Below are positions 1 through 9,271 of a DNA stretch of 64,000 nt, in pieces. Each line of letters opens with the position of its first letter. Positions within the stretch are counted from its first letter, which is position 1. The translations under genes and the position numbers were made by a program. Below the pieces are notes generated by a model. That model saw only the letters and a program-made list of their open reading frames with translations, made no database searches and was not told where the DNA came from. Origin of the DNA: Thermoplasmatales archaeon (GTDB lineage Archaea; Thermoplasmatota; Thermoplasmata; Thermoplasmatales; Thermoplasmataceae); assembly GCA_027310185.1 (NCBI GenBank), contig DAIDBH010000019.1, positions 1 to 64,000 of the forward strand. Direction: 5' to 3'.

Positions 1-139
1 GGGAATCAACTCAAGGATTGCACTTATAGAAAGGATGGCATTCGGGTACAGGAACAGGAACCACCTGAAGACTGCCATATACTTCAGGTGTGGCAACTTA
101 CAGCTTTATCCAGGAACCCACACAAAAGTGTGATGAGCC
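1..139 (+). mobile_element. Right end of an ISL3-family insertion sequence (truncated by window start)
   Basis: Transposase C-terminus followed immediately by ...GATGAGCC (139), the reverse complement of the GGCTC terminus typical of ISL3, then an AT-rich flank (AAAATTTTT). Confidence 0.75.
2..133 (+). CDS. ISL3-family transposase, C-terminal 43 aa (partial)
   Basis: Hand translation GINSRIALIERMAFGYRNRNHLKTAIYFRCGNLQLYPGTHTKV* resembles the ISL3 C-terminal EGxNxxIKxxxRxAxGFRN...YFxCGxL pattern; not in ORF track. Confidence 0.8.
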   Translation, partial: GINSRIALIERMAFGYRNRNHLKTAIYFRCGNLQLYPGTHTKV

Positions 140-358
140 AAAATTTTTAAGCTTTTTATCATCTTCTGGAATAATTTTAGACACCTTCTAGCTAATTTGA
201 ATTTTGAAGCAGTTAATATATTGCATGTACTGGAAAAAATAGAGATTGGTATAGCGTTTGAGCATCAGCAAGACATCTTGATTGAGACAGGTTTCACCTC
301 TGTAATAGGGAAAAACAATAAGATTTATTTAGTTACAATCATATTACCAAACAGATAA

Positions 359-1054
359 ATGAAACTAACCAAGCTCATATTCATAGCTGCATTTTCAATC
401 ATATGTGTTTTTCTTGTTGTATCAGCGTCAAGCATATATGTTTCTGCTGAAAATGATCTCAAGGATATCGAACTTTCATTCGTTAAGCTAGAGATAAGAA
501 ACGGAAAGTTGACAGCAAATATGGATGTTTCAGCTAAAAACACCAATGCCCTTCCGTCAACAGTTTCAATCTTCAACAACAACCTCACAATAAATCCCTA
601 CAGCAGTTCCAATTCATTCTTCAATCTTCCAGTAAACATAACTTCTCTCACAGCTCAGGGCTGGCCAACAGAGTCTATTATCTATTATGCCAACGCTGTC
701 ATTTCAGAATTTCTTAATGGTGTTGGCATTACAACTCTTTCCAGGAATATCAGTACACAGCTCCCGTTCCTTTTCACCAACGTTTCCCTTGTTAAGAATC
801 CAGATAATAATACTTATACCCTATTCATCAACGACATGATACCAATAGGTTTATCAGTTCTCAAGGTGGGAATATATACGGGAGAAAAGTTTCTCGGCAA
901 TCTTTCTTTTGCCAATCAATCAGGTAACCTGAGTGGTAACCTATCTCTATCAGGAATCCTAGACAGCTCAAATTTACTGGGAAATCTCAGTTCTGTATTC
1001 TTTGATTTCCTCGGAGTAAAATTAAAGCTTGCCCAGTTTACAGCTAAAAACTGA
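359..1054 (+). CDS. Hypothetical exported/membrane-anchored protein
   Basis: 231 aa; N-terminal hydrophobic helix after basic residues; Asn/Ser-rich with several NxS/T sequons. Confidence 0.7.
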   Translation: MKLTKLIFIAAFSIICVFLVVSASSIYVSAENDLKDIELSFVKLEIRNGKLTANMDVSAKNTNALPSTVSIFNNNLTINPYSSSNSFFNLPVNITSLTAQGWPTESIIYYANAVISEFLNGVGITTLSRNISTQLPFLFTNVSLVKNPDNNTYTLFINDMIPIGLSVLKVGIYTGEKFLGNLSFANQSGNLSGNLSLSGILDSSNLLGNLSSVFFDFLGVKLKLAQFTAKN

Positions 1055-1057
1055 ATA

Positions 1058-1774
1058 TCAGTATATCTGCCTACCAATAAATTTAGTATTATTCAATTTT
1101 TCAAAGATTAATTTTGAGCAAACCCTGCATTCTTTCACCCTGTTTACTTTTACTTTCTGCAATTCCATTGCTGTAGCAGAATAGAAGTAAAAATTCCTGT
1201 CTAGGGCACCTTCCATAAGATATTTCAACAGTATGGATGTGGCCATGGCCGATACCGTACTTGGAACTGGGGGAGATACCTCATCAGCATGACAGTTTAG
1301 AGGAATCATTTGCTTTCCACCCGTAAGGCAGTTAAGGCACGCAGTTTGTTCTGGGACCATAAGCATGAATTCACCAAAATAACCATAACTGTTGGTCATC
1401 AGCCAGGGAATTTTTTTCCTTACCGCATATTCATTGATCAGTTCCCTAGTCAGGAACGAATCTGTAGCTTCAAAAATGAAGTCACTATTTCCAAGTAGAA
1501 GGTCTATGTTTGAAGAGTCAACATATTCGCTTACAAAGTTCAACTTTCCACTGTTGGAGCGGTTACTGATCCTGTCGTAAACAGTTTCTGCCTTGTTCTT
1601 TCCTATGTCATATTTATCAAACAAAGGTTGTCTCTGCAAGTTTGATTGTTCAACAGTATCACCGTCTATGACCCTTATCTCTGCACCAGAGGATGATAAC
1701 AGCATTGAAGCAAGCTGTCCGTTACCTCCAAGTCCTATTATGGAAATATTGACGCCACTTAAGATTTCATCCAT
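1058..1774 (-). CDS. ThiF/MoeB/UbaA (E1-like) adenylyltransferase
   Basis: GLGGNG nucleotide loop, DGDTVEQSNLQRQ motif, Zn motifs CLNC and CRVC. Confidence 0.9.
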   Translation of the reverse strand: MDEILSGVNISIIGLGGNGQLASMLLSSSGAEIRVIDGDTVEQSNLQRQPLFDKYDIGKNKAETVYDRISNRSNSGKLNFVSEYVDSSNIDLLLGNSDFIFEATDSFLTRELINEYAVRKKIPWLMTNSYGYFGEFMLMVPEQTACLNCLTGGKQMIPLNCHADEVSPPVPSTVSAMATSILLKYLMEGALDRNFYFYSATAMELQKVKVNRVKECRVCSKLIFEKLNNTKFIGRQIY

Positions 1775-1822
1775 TTTAAGAACATAGAAAAGTAATAAAT
1801 ATAGATTATTTCTAATGCAACA

Positions 1823-2836
1823 ATGAAAGTAGCAGTAGTGAATAAGGTAGGGCAGAATCTGGATATTGAGGAACGGGACACACCAGAACCCGGTGCAGAT
1901 GAAATAGTCTTGAGACAGGACCTGACTGGTATTTGCTACAGGGATATATTAACAAGAGATGGTTTTTTCCCCCGACTCCATACCCCCATAATACCTGGTC
2001 ACGAAGTTTCAGGCATAATTGATAAAGTCGGTTCTGGGGTAGAATATTTCAAGGTGGGTGACAGGGTTACCAGTCTTATTTATGTTCCATGTGGACACTG
2101 TTACAACTGTGTTTCCGGAAATGAAAATCTGTGTACAAACAAGAAGACACTTGGAGAGAACATAGATGGAGCTTATTCAAAATATGTCAGGTTGAATCAG
2201 AGAAGCCTTGTAAAGGTTCCAAAGGAAGTTACTTCAGAGCTGGCAGCAATTTCCGCATGCGTTACAGGAATGCTTGTAAATGCGTTGAAGAGGGTAGGCG
2301 GAATAACAGAGGGAAGCAGAGTCGTAATAACCGGTGCAGGAGGAGGAGTTGGAACCCACGCAATTCAGATAGCAAAGGCATTTGGAGCTGAAGTTACTGC
2401 GGTTACAAGTTCACAGTGGAAAGTTGATTCCCTGTATAAACTTGGTGCAGATCACGTTATATCCTCTGAGGGGGAGTTTAATAAGAAGGTAAAGGAGATA
2501 TGGGCTGACGGAGCCAATATATCCCTTGAAAACACTGGAGATGCAACATTCAATGAATCATTCAGGTCACTTGGATTCGGTGGAAGAATGGTCGTTGTCG
2601 GCAATCTGAGACCATCATCTCCACCACTTCAGCTCGGTGTACTAATATTAAAAGGCAATACAATAGCAGGTAATATCTCATCAACCAGGAAGGACATTAT
2701 GGATGCACTCGAAATGTCAGCGAAGAAGAAAATAAAAGCGGTAGTTTCAGAAGAAATTTCCATAGATGAAGTAAATAAAGCATTCGAGAAGATAAAGGAG
2801 AAGAAGAACGTTGGGAGGGTATTCATAAAGTTCTAA
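1823..2836 (+). CDS. Zn-dependent medium-chain alcohol dehydrogenase/reductase
   Basis: GICYRD, PGHEVSG, structural Zn CGHCYNCVSGNENLC, GAGGGVG Rossmann motif. Confidence 0.92.
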   Translation: MKVAVVNKVGQNLDIEERDTPEPGADEIVLRQDLTGICYRDILTRDGFFPRLHTPIIPGHEVSGIIDKVGSGVEYFKVGDRVTSLIYVPCGHCYNCVSGNENLCTNKKTLGENIDGAYSKYVRLNQRSLVKVPKEVTSELAAISACVTGMLVNALKRVGGITEGSRVVITGAGGGVGTHAIQIAKAFGAEVTAVTSSQWKVDSLYKLGADHVISSEGEFNKKVKEIWADGANISLENTGDATFNESFRSLGFGGRMVVVGNLRPSSPPLQLGVLILKGNTIAGNISSTRKDIMDALEMSAKKKIKAVVSEEISIDEVNKAFEKIKEKKNVGRVFIKF

Positions 2837-2884
2837 AATTCTACAGGTGATAGGGTTGATTACAGCGACCCAATTTGTTGATAA

Positions 2885-5581
2885 TCAACTATTTTCCGTT
2901 TCCATCTTCAATGCCTTCTGAAATTCAATGAAAACAGTACTCTCAGGATTTCTTACACTTAGGATATCCCGGACCATGGAATCGATGGATGACTTATAGT
3001 TAACGAATTTTTGAATGGTGTTCTTCACATCCTCCAGTGCCCGTACCTCAATTGTTGGCTCAATCCTATCCCACCTCTTTTCTATCCTGTTTATATTCAC
3101 CTTTGTATCTCTCAGGCTTAAATACGCTATTTCCGATTCTATCTGGTCCATGCCCATTTTATTCTCAAGGGAAAAGAGTTTTGCGTAGAGTGATAACTGG
3201 TTAACATAATCCCTGTTTACCTTCTTTGATGTCTTGAAATCCACAATAACCGTTTTCTCTATATTTCCATCCATGTATGTATATAAACCATCAATCCTGC
3301 CTTCGACAGTGATGCCTGTCATAATATCAGGGTAAACATTGTTAACCTTCTGCTTGAACTTCATTTCAGATCCTATCCATTTACCTTTCTGTATTTCCCT
3401 TACATATTTGTCATATGAAATGAAATTGCTCCATGTTCTGGTCAGCTTTTCATCATCCAGTATTGGTGGTGTCTCGTGATTTTTTATGAAATTTTCTATG
3501 TAGCTGTGAATATCACTCCCAAATGTCAGGGCAGTGGATTTTGTCTGGATTCCAAGGACATATGCCTCAACAAACTTATCCAGTTCCTTAACCCTTTCTA
3601 GCATTGTAAAACTCAGGTTATTCAATCTGTCCATCTTCCTCTTCAAATAGTCCCTTACCCATGGCTTGAAATTCATTTTTAAATTCTCTCTTTCTGAAAT
3701 CTCTTTCATGCTTACAAATTCATTAATTACTACTTTATTTGCAAAGTCAATCTTTTTGCATGGTTCTAAATTATATCTTTCAGAAGATTTCTTCTCAGTT
3801 ATAATGTCAAGGGAATTCTTTGTTCTCGAAAGTGCAACAAAATCTATTCTGTTTTCCTCTCTTATTCTTTCATTCATACTGTAGCTCAGGCCATTGCTTT
3901 CCAGAATGGAGTTAACTATAAGATCAATAGCGCTTACATTCTTCTTCTGGTTGTATCTTGGAATATATATCACGTGATCAAATTCGAGTCCCTTTGCCTT
4001 ATGTACCGTGATTATGCAGATCCTGCCAGTGATCTCATCAACACTGTCCCTTGAATTCTCCTGAAGTATGTATTTCTGGAGACCGGCAAGTGAGTACTCC
4101 TCGCTCGTACCGAATCTTTCAAGGAAGATGGGAAGAGATTCAAACACATCCTTGGCAGCTTCAAAGGCTGATTCTCCTAAGGTAAATGAATTTGGGATTA
4201 TATAATCGCTGAAGAGCTGAAGAAGTTGATTCTTGTGACTTCCATATTTCTCCCTTAGTTCTATCAACTCCTTTGGAAGAACCTTCTTCAAATCATTTTC
4301 AAATCTCATCCTCTCCGCTATTTGAATACCTTCGTATAGGGGTATCTGGGAATAAATAGAATAAATCATTCCGATTATGCTGTCAGAAGTTCCATAGACA
4401 CCACCGACAAATTTTGCAATCTCCTGTCTCCACAGCTTCTCACCCTTTGTGCCGGAAATCTTCTGATGTGGGATATTTTTAAGTGTTAGTGAATCTGAAA
4501 GATCGTTTGCCTGTTCATTGGTTCTCACAATAATCCCAACTGATTTCTCATCATCCAGCCTCTTTAAAATATCTATAACTGCATCCACAGTATCTCCCTT
4601 ATCTTTCAACCTGATGAGTGTTACCTCACCGTCTCTGTCATTCATGCTCTTAAAGTGCTCAAGTTCAGGTGATAATTCTTCTGGTTCATGGGTACTGTAG
4701 AAGTTGCTGCAGTATTCCATAATATTTTTCGGTAACCTTCTTGTACCTTCTATGAATCTTTTTTCATAATCTTTTCCAGACATCATCTCCCTGAAGGCGC
4801 GAACATTACCTCCCTGAAACCCAAAAATTGCCTGTTTCATGTCCCCTACAGCATATATATTTTCTCCTACTTGCTTCACAAGTTCATATTCTATTTCACT
4901 CATATCCTGGACTTCGTCCACAAAAACGTACTGGAATTTATTGAAGTGTGCTCTGGAATAATTTACGGCTCTTAACAAGATATCGTTATAATCCATCTGA
5001 GATGCACTTTTTGAAGCTTCGTAGTCACGGAATATATCCACGAATCCATCACATAAAGTTTCCATTTCCTCAAGAGAATAACCGTTTACTCCATTACCAT
5101 TGTTATATTCCGCCCGTACCTTTTTCTTAAGCTCCTCAATGTTTATTTTATCTGGTAAAATTGCAAAACTCTTTAGGAATTTTATTGCATTTACTATCTG
5201 TCCAACGTTAACTATTGCTGGATAATCCCTGGAAAGTACTTCACCATCATAATTCATTATCTGCCTTGTCTCCAGGGATTTTAATATCTGGTATCTCAAG
5301 AATCTCTCAGGTATCAGGTCTCCAGTTTCTATTCTCTGGTTAATTATGCTTTGAGATAAACTGTGAAATGTATGGATCTCTGGCATCTTAATCGGTGAAT
5401 CCTTCATCTTGAGTATTATTCTTCTTTCCATCTCATCTCTTGCCTTATTTGTAAATGTAAGACACAAAATATTATCTGGATTTACACCTTCATGAAGAAG
5501 TTTTGAAACCTGAGTTGAAAGATCTTCTGTCTTGCCTGAACCGGGATTCGCAGAGACAAGTATCCTAGATTTACCTATCAT
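2885..5581 (-). CDS. UvrD/REP superfamily 1 helicase fused to a C-terminal PD-(D/E)XK nuclease (AddA/RecB-like architecture)
   Basis: ANPGSGKT, TFTNKA, TFHS, VDEVQD, VGDMKQAIFGFQG, TVHKAKGLEF, FVALSR; C-terminal FGSDIH, EGRID, IVDFKT, QLSLY. Confidence 0.92.
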   Translation of the reverse strand: MIGKSRILVSANPGSGKTEDLSTQVSKLLHEGVNPDNILCLTFTNKARDEMERRIILKMKDSPIKMPEIHTFHSLSQSIINQRIETGDLIPERFLRYQILKSLETRQIMNYDGEVLSRDYPAIVNVGQIVNAIKFLKSFAILPDKINIEELKKKVRAEYNNGNGVNGYSLEEMETLCDGFVDIFRDYEASKSASQMDYNDILLRAVNYSRAHFNKFQYVFVDEVQDMSEIEYELVKQVGENIYAVGDMKQAIFGFQGGNVRAFREMMSGKDYEKRFIEGTRRLPKNIMEYCSNFYSTHEPEELSPELEHFKSMNDRDGEVTLIRLKDKGDTVDAVIDILKRLDDEKSVGIIVRTNEQANDLSDSLTLKNIPHQKISGTKGEKLWRQEIAKFVGGVYGTSDSIIGMIYSIYSQIPLYEGIQIAERMRFENDLKKVLPKELIELREKYGSHKNQLLQLFSDYIIPNSFTLGESAFEAAKDVFESLPIFLERFGTSEEYSLAGLQKYILQENSRDSVDEITGRICIITVHKAKGLEFDHVIYIPRYNQKKNVSAIDLIVNSILESNGLSYSMNERIREENRIDFVALSRTKNSLDIITEKKSSERYNLEPCKKIDFANKVVINEFVSMKEISERENLKMNFKPWVRDYLKRKMDRLNNLSFTMLERVKELDKFVEAYVLGIQTKSTALTFGSDIHSYIENFIKNHETPPILDDEKLTRTWSNFISYDKYVREIQKGKWIGSEMKFKQKVNNVYPDIMTGITVEGRIDGLYTYMDGNIEKTVIVDFKTSKKVNRDYVNQLSLYAKLFSLENKMGMDQIESEIAYLSLRDTKVNINRIEKRWDRIEPTIEVRALEDVKNTIQKFVNYKSSIDSMVRDILSVRNPESTVFIEFQKALKMETENS

Positions 5582-5966
5582 ATTTCATGATAGTAAGATT
5601 TGCATTAAGTTTTTTGCCCCAGTCATCTCCGAATTCGTCTGATAAAATCCTCCGATATAGAGAAAAACTCGCTCATCACTTCAGATGCAAGTTTAGAAAA
5701 TTATAAGAAATATAAAGAGTTCATTAGAAAAGAATACAACTCTCCAATATTCTCATTATTGTATTTTGAATCTAAATCGTTGTAAAGATTAATTAAGATC
5801 GACAATATAAGAATTTAATGAAGTTAGAGTTCTCTACATTTTTGAATCGAAAAAATAAGGAGAAATTAGTTACTTGGTCATATTCAATCTGTAGGTTTTA
5901 CCCAATAAATTATCAGGTTAACAGGAATTTTTCCAGTAATAGTTTTACCCATTAGTTGGTGGAAGA

Positions 5967-7352
5967 ATGGTTGAAACTAGGAAAGGAATAAGGGGAAGAA
6001 TTCGCAACCTAATGATCAAGAAATATGAATCCTTTGATCCGTCGTTCGAAATCCACGAAGTCGAATATAACAAGGATGAAGGAATTCTCACAGTTTTTGT
6101 AACTCCAAAATACAGGAAATATATAAAAAACATGGAAGTCACCATACGGGATTATAAAATGAGAGACAGGGTAGTAAAACTTAAAAGAGTTAAGGACGAT
6201 TTTAAACTGTCTTACAAACTTAGTACTGAAAAAATGTACAGTTTCTCTTTCTATTCCATTGCCAGGGATGGTAAATTCACAAGATCAGACTATGATATGG
6301 ATAAACTAAAAGAAAACATGAAAATAATAGGCATCGAAGTAAATCATGTTTCAGGGGAAAACGAATCAGTAAAAACTGTCACTACCGATCAGGTAGCATC
6401 ACCCACAGCGTCAGGACCGGTCTTTTCGCCTGTCAAAAGATCGTGGCCGACATCCTCACAATATGCACAGTCATTACAGAATCCCAACTTCTGTATATCC
6501 AAGAGTTACGACGAACTTAAGGGAATTGCATTCGAGAAGAATCAGAACGTGAAATATTCAAGCATCATCCAGGGAGCCGGAAATTTTGGAGTTGTATTCA
6601 AGTACAGGAGCATCGACGGTGACTTCGCGCTGAAATGTTTCACAAGAGGCAGCCCGAACATTCAACTTAGATATTTTGAAGTTTCAAAAAAAATAAACGA
6701 ATCTAAAATTCCATTCCTTCTGGATTTCAAATTCTATCAGGATGCATTAAGGGTGACACAGAGACCAAAGGAATATTTTCCGGCGGTGACAATGAAGTGG
6801 ATCGAGGGAAAGACACTTCATAATTTTATAAAGGAGAATCTTGCGAACCATGAAATGTTCAAGGCAATTGGAAATAACCTGGTAAATTGTATCAAGGAAA
6901 TGCAGGATAATTTCATAGCTCATGGTGATCTTTCATGTGATAATATACTGATAGACACAGGTAATAATGTAAAGCTTATCGATTATGATGGGATGTTTGT
7001 TCCAGCCCTTAAAAAACTTGGGTCTGAAGAACTTGGTCACGAATCATTCCAGCATCCGAGAAGAGGAAAATACTATGGAGAAAAACTCGATAATTTTTCA
7101 ATTCTCATAATATACACCTCTTTGATCGCCTTATCCAAAAATCCGAAGCTGTGGAAATATAATGGCGATGATCCTGACAAGCTTCTGTTTGATATCACGG
7201 ATTTCGAATCTCCAGACCGATCCAAAGCATTCAGGGATGTTCAATCAGAGAGTCCGAAATTGAAGAAGCTTGTGAAGCTGATAAATGAATATCTAGGCCA
7301 GGCTCCAGACTGGTCCGGGTTTGATCCGGCAGCTCTACTCAGAATGAAATAA
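5967..7352 (+). CDS. Ser/Thr protein kinase, YegI/TerY-P-associated type, with extra N-terminal domain
   Basis: GAGNFGVVFK glycine loop, ALK lysine, HGDLSCDNILI catalytic loop, LIDYDG in place of DFG, GHESFQHP. Confidence 0.88.
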   Translation: MVETRKGIRGRIRNLMIKKYESFDPSFEIHEVEYNKDEGILTVFVTPKYRKYIKNMEVTIRDYKMRDRVVKLKRVKDDFKLSYKLSTEKMYSFSFYSIARDGKFTRSDYDMDKLKENMKIIGIEVNHVSGENESVKTVTTDQVASPTASGPVFSPVKRSWPTSSQYAQSLQNPNFCISKSYDELKGIAFEKNQNVKYSSIIQGAGNFGVVFKYRSIDGDFALKCFTRGSPNIQLRYFEVSKKINESKIPFLLDFKFYQDALRVTQRPKEYFPAVTMKWIEGKTLHNFIKENLANHEMFKAIGNNLVNCIKEMQDNFIAHGDLSCDNILIDTGNNVKLIDYDGMFVPALKKLGSEELGHESFQHPRRGKYYGEKLDNFSILIIYTSLIALSKNPKLWKYNGDDPDKLLFDITDFESPDRSKAFRDVQSESPKLKKLVKLINEYLGQAPDWSGFDPAALLRMK

Positions 7353-8052
7353 GTATTGCTGAGAGATCATCATTCTTTATAATATTCCCATTCCTGCTAT
7401 CATCAAAAAATTTTCTATCGTCATAATGGTCCCACAGTACACCAAAACTATCTTCACCGGTTTCCATTATAAATTTTGACATGGCATCGGTCGCAAGTAT
7501 TATTTCACTTCCTTTCTTCACCTTAAACTTCTCTGTCTTGATATTCAATTTCTGATCAAAAGGTTTGTTGTTCAGTGGAAAGCCATATCCAGACCAGACA
7601 AGGCTTGGATGGATACCAAACTGATCTGGAGAATTCAGTGGGAAACTCTTCATCATTCCTTCTTCAAAGATGAAAATACATGAATCGCCTATCGCATGCA
7701 CAGTGAGGTTCTCCATAGAACCATCTTCGCTTGCCATTCCTAAAAAAGTAGAATATGCGCCTCGAACTGCCTTGTTCTTTACGTTCCATTTCAGTCCTTT
7801 CCAGTTGATACTTTCGTACCACACTTTGCGGGAATCTCTGATAAACTGACCAATGTCATTTTTAATTTTGTCATCACCACCGAAGTTTACGAATTCGTTA
7901 CTCAATGAAGAAGCCCATTGGCCAGAAAATATTGAGTCACTTGCACCATCAGCTATGGCAAATTTGAGTTTTTCAAGGTTGAAGCTGAGGGCATCTTCAG
8001 TCTCTTCAGACCGATTTCCGGCCTTAGAAAAATTAAAGGAGCGAACCTCCAT
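7339..8052 (-). CDS. PP2C-like phosphatase (YegK/TerY-P type)
   Basis: EDA, AIADGAS, IGDS, LATDAM, NDDLS metal-binding motifs. Confidence 0.88.
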   Translation of the reverse strand: MEVRSFNFSKAGNRSEETEDALSFNLEKLKFAIADGASDSIFSGQWASSLSNEFVNFGGDDKIKNDIGQFIRDSRKVWYESINWKGLKWNVKNKAVRGAYSTFLGMASEDGSMENLTVHAIGDSCIFIFEEGMMKSFPLNSPDQFGIHPSLVWSGYGFPLNNKPFDQKLNIKTEKFKVKKGSEIILATDAMSKFIMETGEDSFGVLWDHYDDRKFFDDSRNGNIIKNDDLSAILISF

Positions 8053-8879
8053 TATTCTACCTTGTTATATACCACTCTTGTTCCAATATCCAGAAGCTTT
8101 ATCAGCTCTTCAAGATTTGCGTTGAAAACATATGCTTTGGAACCACTGTCCACGTTGGAGAATTCCTCCTTTGCTATGGCCACCATCGGTTCAGGTACAG
8201 TGCTGGTCATTGAAAACATTGTTCTCGCGTTCTTATCTTCCGGTATTTCTGTTTCATCCTTCGGGAAGCTTATTGGCTTCTCATCTTTCTCAGAAAGATG
8301 GCAGTTCCATAGCAGAACCTTACCATCAGAAGTTTCCAGGTTCATTATTTCTTCTGCAATGTTTAATGGATTCCCATCCGTTGCTCCTCCATCACTTATA
8401 TTTATGATAACAGGAGGAAATGAATTCCCGTGTTCTTCAATCCATTTTTCAGTCCAATCCTTGGCAATTGTGAGTGCCTTTACCATTGGAGTATCATAGG
8501 AAGCAACTGGTTCAAACCAAACTGGAAACTCTGTTTCAATCGTTTCTCCATCTATCTCCTCCGTATGTTTTTCCATCTTCAGAATGTGGGTCTCAAGTTC
8601 AGAAATAGATACTGGACTATCACCAATCAGGCCTCTTGCATCACCACTCTTGAATCCATAACCAATGACTCCAACATCAAAATAAGGTCTTATTCCATCC
8701 GATTTTGTGCATCTGCTGATAACCTCATTCATCTGCCTGTTGATTGCATCTGAAGCTTCCTGGGCCTTTGATCTCTGTCCTCCTGCAATTTTCCTGCTCA
8801 TTGATCTTGACTGATCAAGGAGGAAAATGAACAATCCAGGGTTCCTTCTACTTATTTCTGCCTCATATGTCATACACAT
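8052..8879 (-). CDS. von Willebrand factor A (TerY/YegL-like) protein
   Basis: MIDAS motif FLLDQSRSM, TPM, NISDG; stop overlaps the phosphatase start by 1 nt; true start may be the ATG at 8873. Confidence 0.88.
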   Translation of the reverse strand: MCMTYEAEISRRNPGLFIFLLDQSRSMSRKIAGGQRSKAQEASDAINRQMNEVISRCTKSDGIRPYFDVGVIGYGFKSGDARGLIGDSPVSISELETHILKMEKHTEEIDGETIETEFPVWFEPVASYDTPMVKALTIAKDWTEKWIEEHGNSFPPVIINISDGGATDGNPLNIAEEIMNLETSDGKVLLWNCHLSEKDEKPISFPKDETEIPEDKNARTMFSMTSTVPEPMVAIAKEEFSNVDSGSKAYVFNANLEELIKLLDIGTRVVYNKVE

Positions 8880-8905
8880 TCATTCTTTCATTTAATATAA
8901 ATTTA

Positions 8906-9238
8906 TTAGTTCTTCTTTTCAAGCAATCCCAGTAACACTGCTACCAGAATTACGATGTAACCTATTATGAAAATTCCAGGATATGCTATTATTCCTGCAA
9001 CTGAAATTACAGCCATAGCTGTTAAACCGACATTTTTCTTTCTTCTGCTGAGTTCAACTCCTATTATTGCAATTACACTGAACAGCAAATTGTCAACAAC
9101 GGCGGTCCCTGCACTCACCTGCCCAAAAAATGAAATGTAGCTTGTGATGTCATGCAGTACAAATAGTATCAGCGCAAGGACTATATTTATGAGAGCTCCT
9201 ATTATCCCTATTTTATAATAAAGCTTAAATGATGCCAT
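8906..9238 (-). CDS. Small integral membrane protein
   Basis: 110 aa, about four hydrophobic segments. Confidence 0.75.
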   Translation of the reverse strand: MASFKLYYKIGIIGALINIVLALILFVLHDITSYISFFGQVSAGTAVVDNLLFSVIAIIGVELSRRKKNVGLTAMAVISVAGIIAYPGIFIIGYIVILVAVLLGLLEKKN

Positions 9239-9271
9239 GGTAGATTGATAATTTCAAGCTATTAAAATTTA

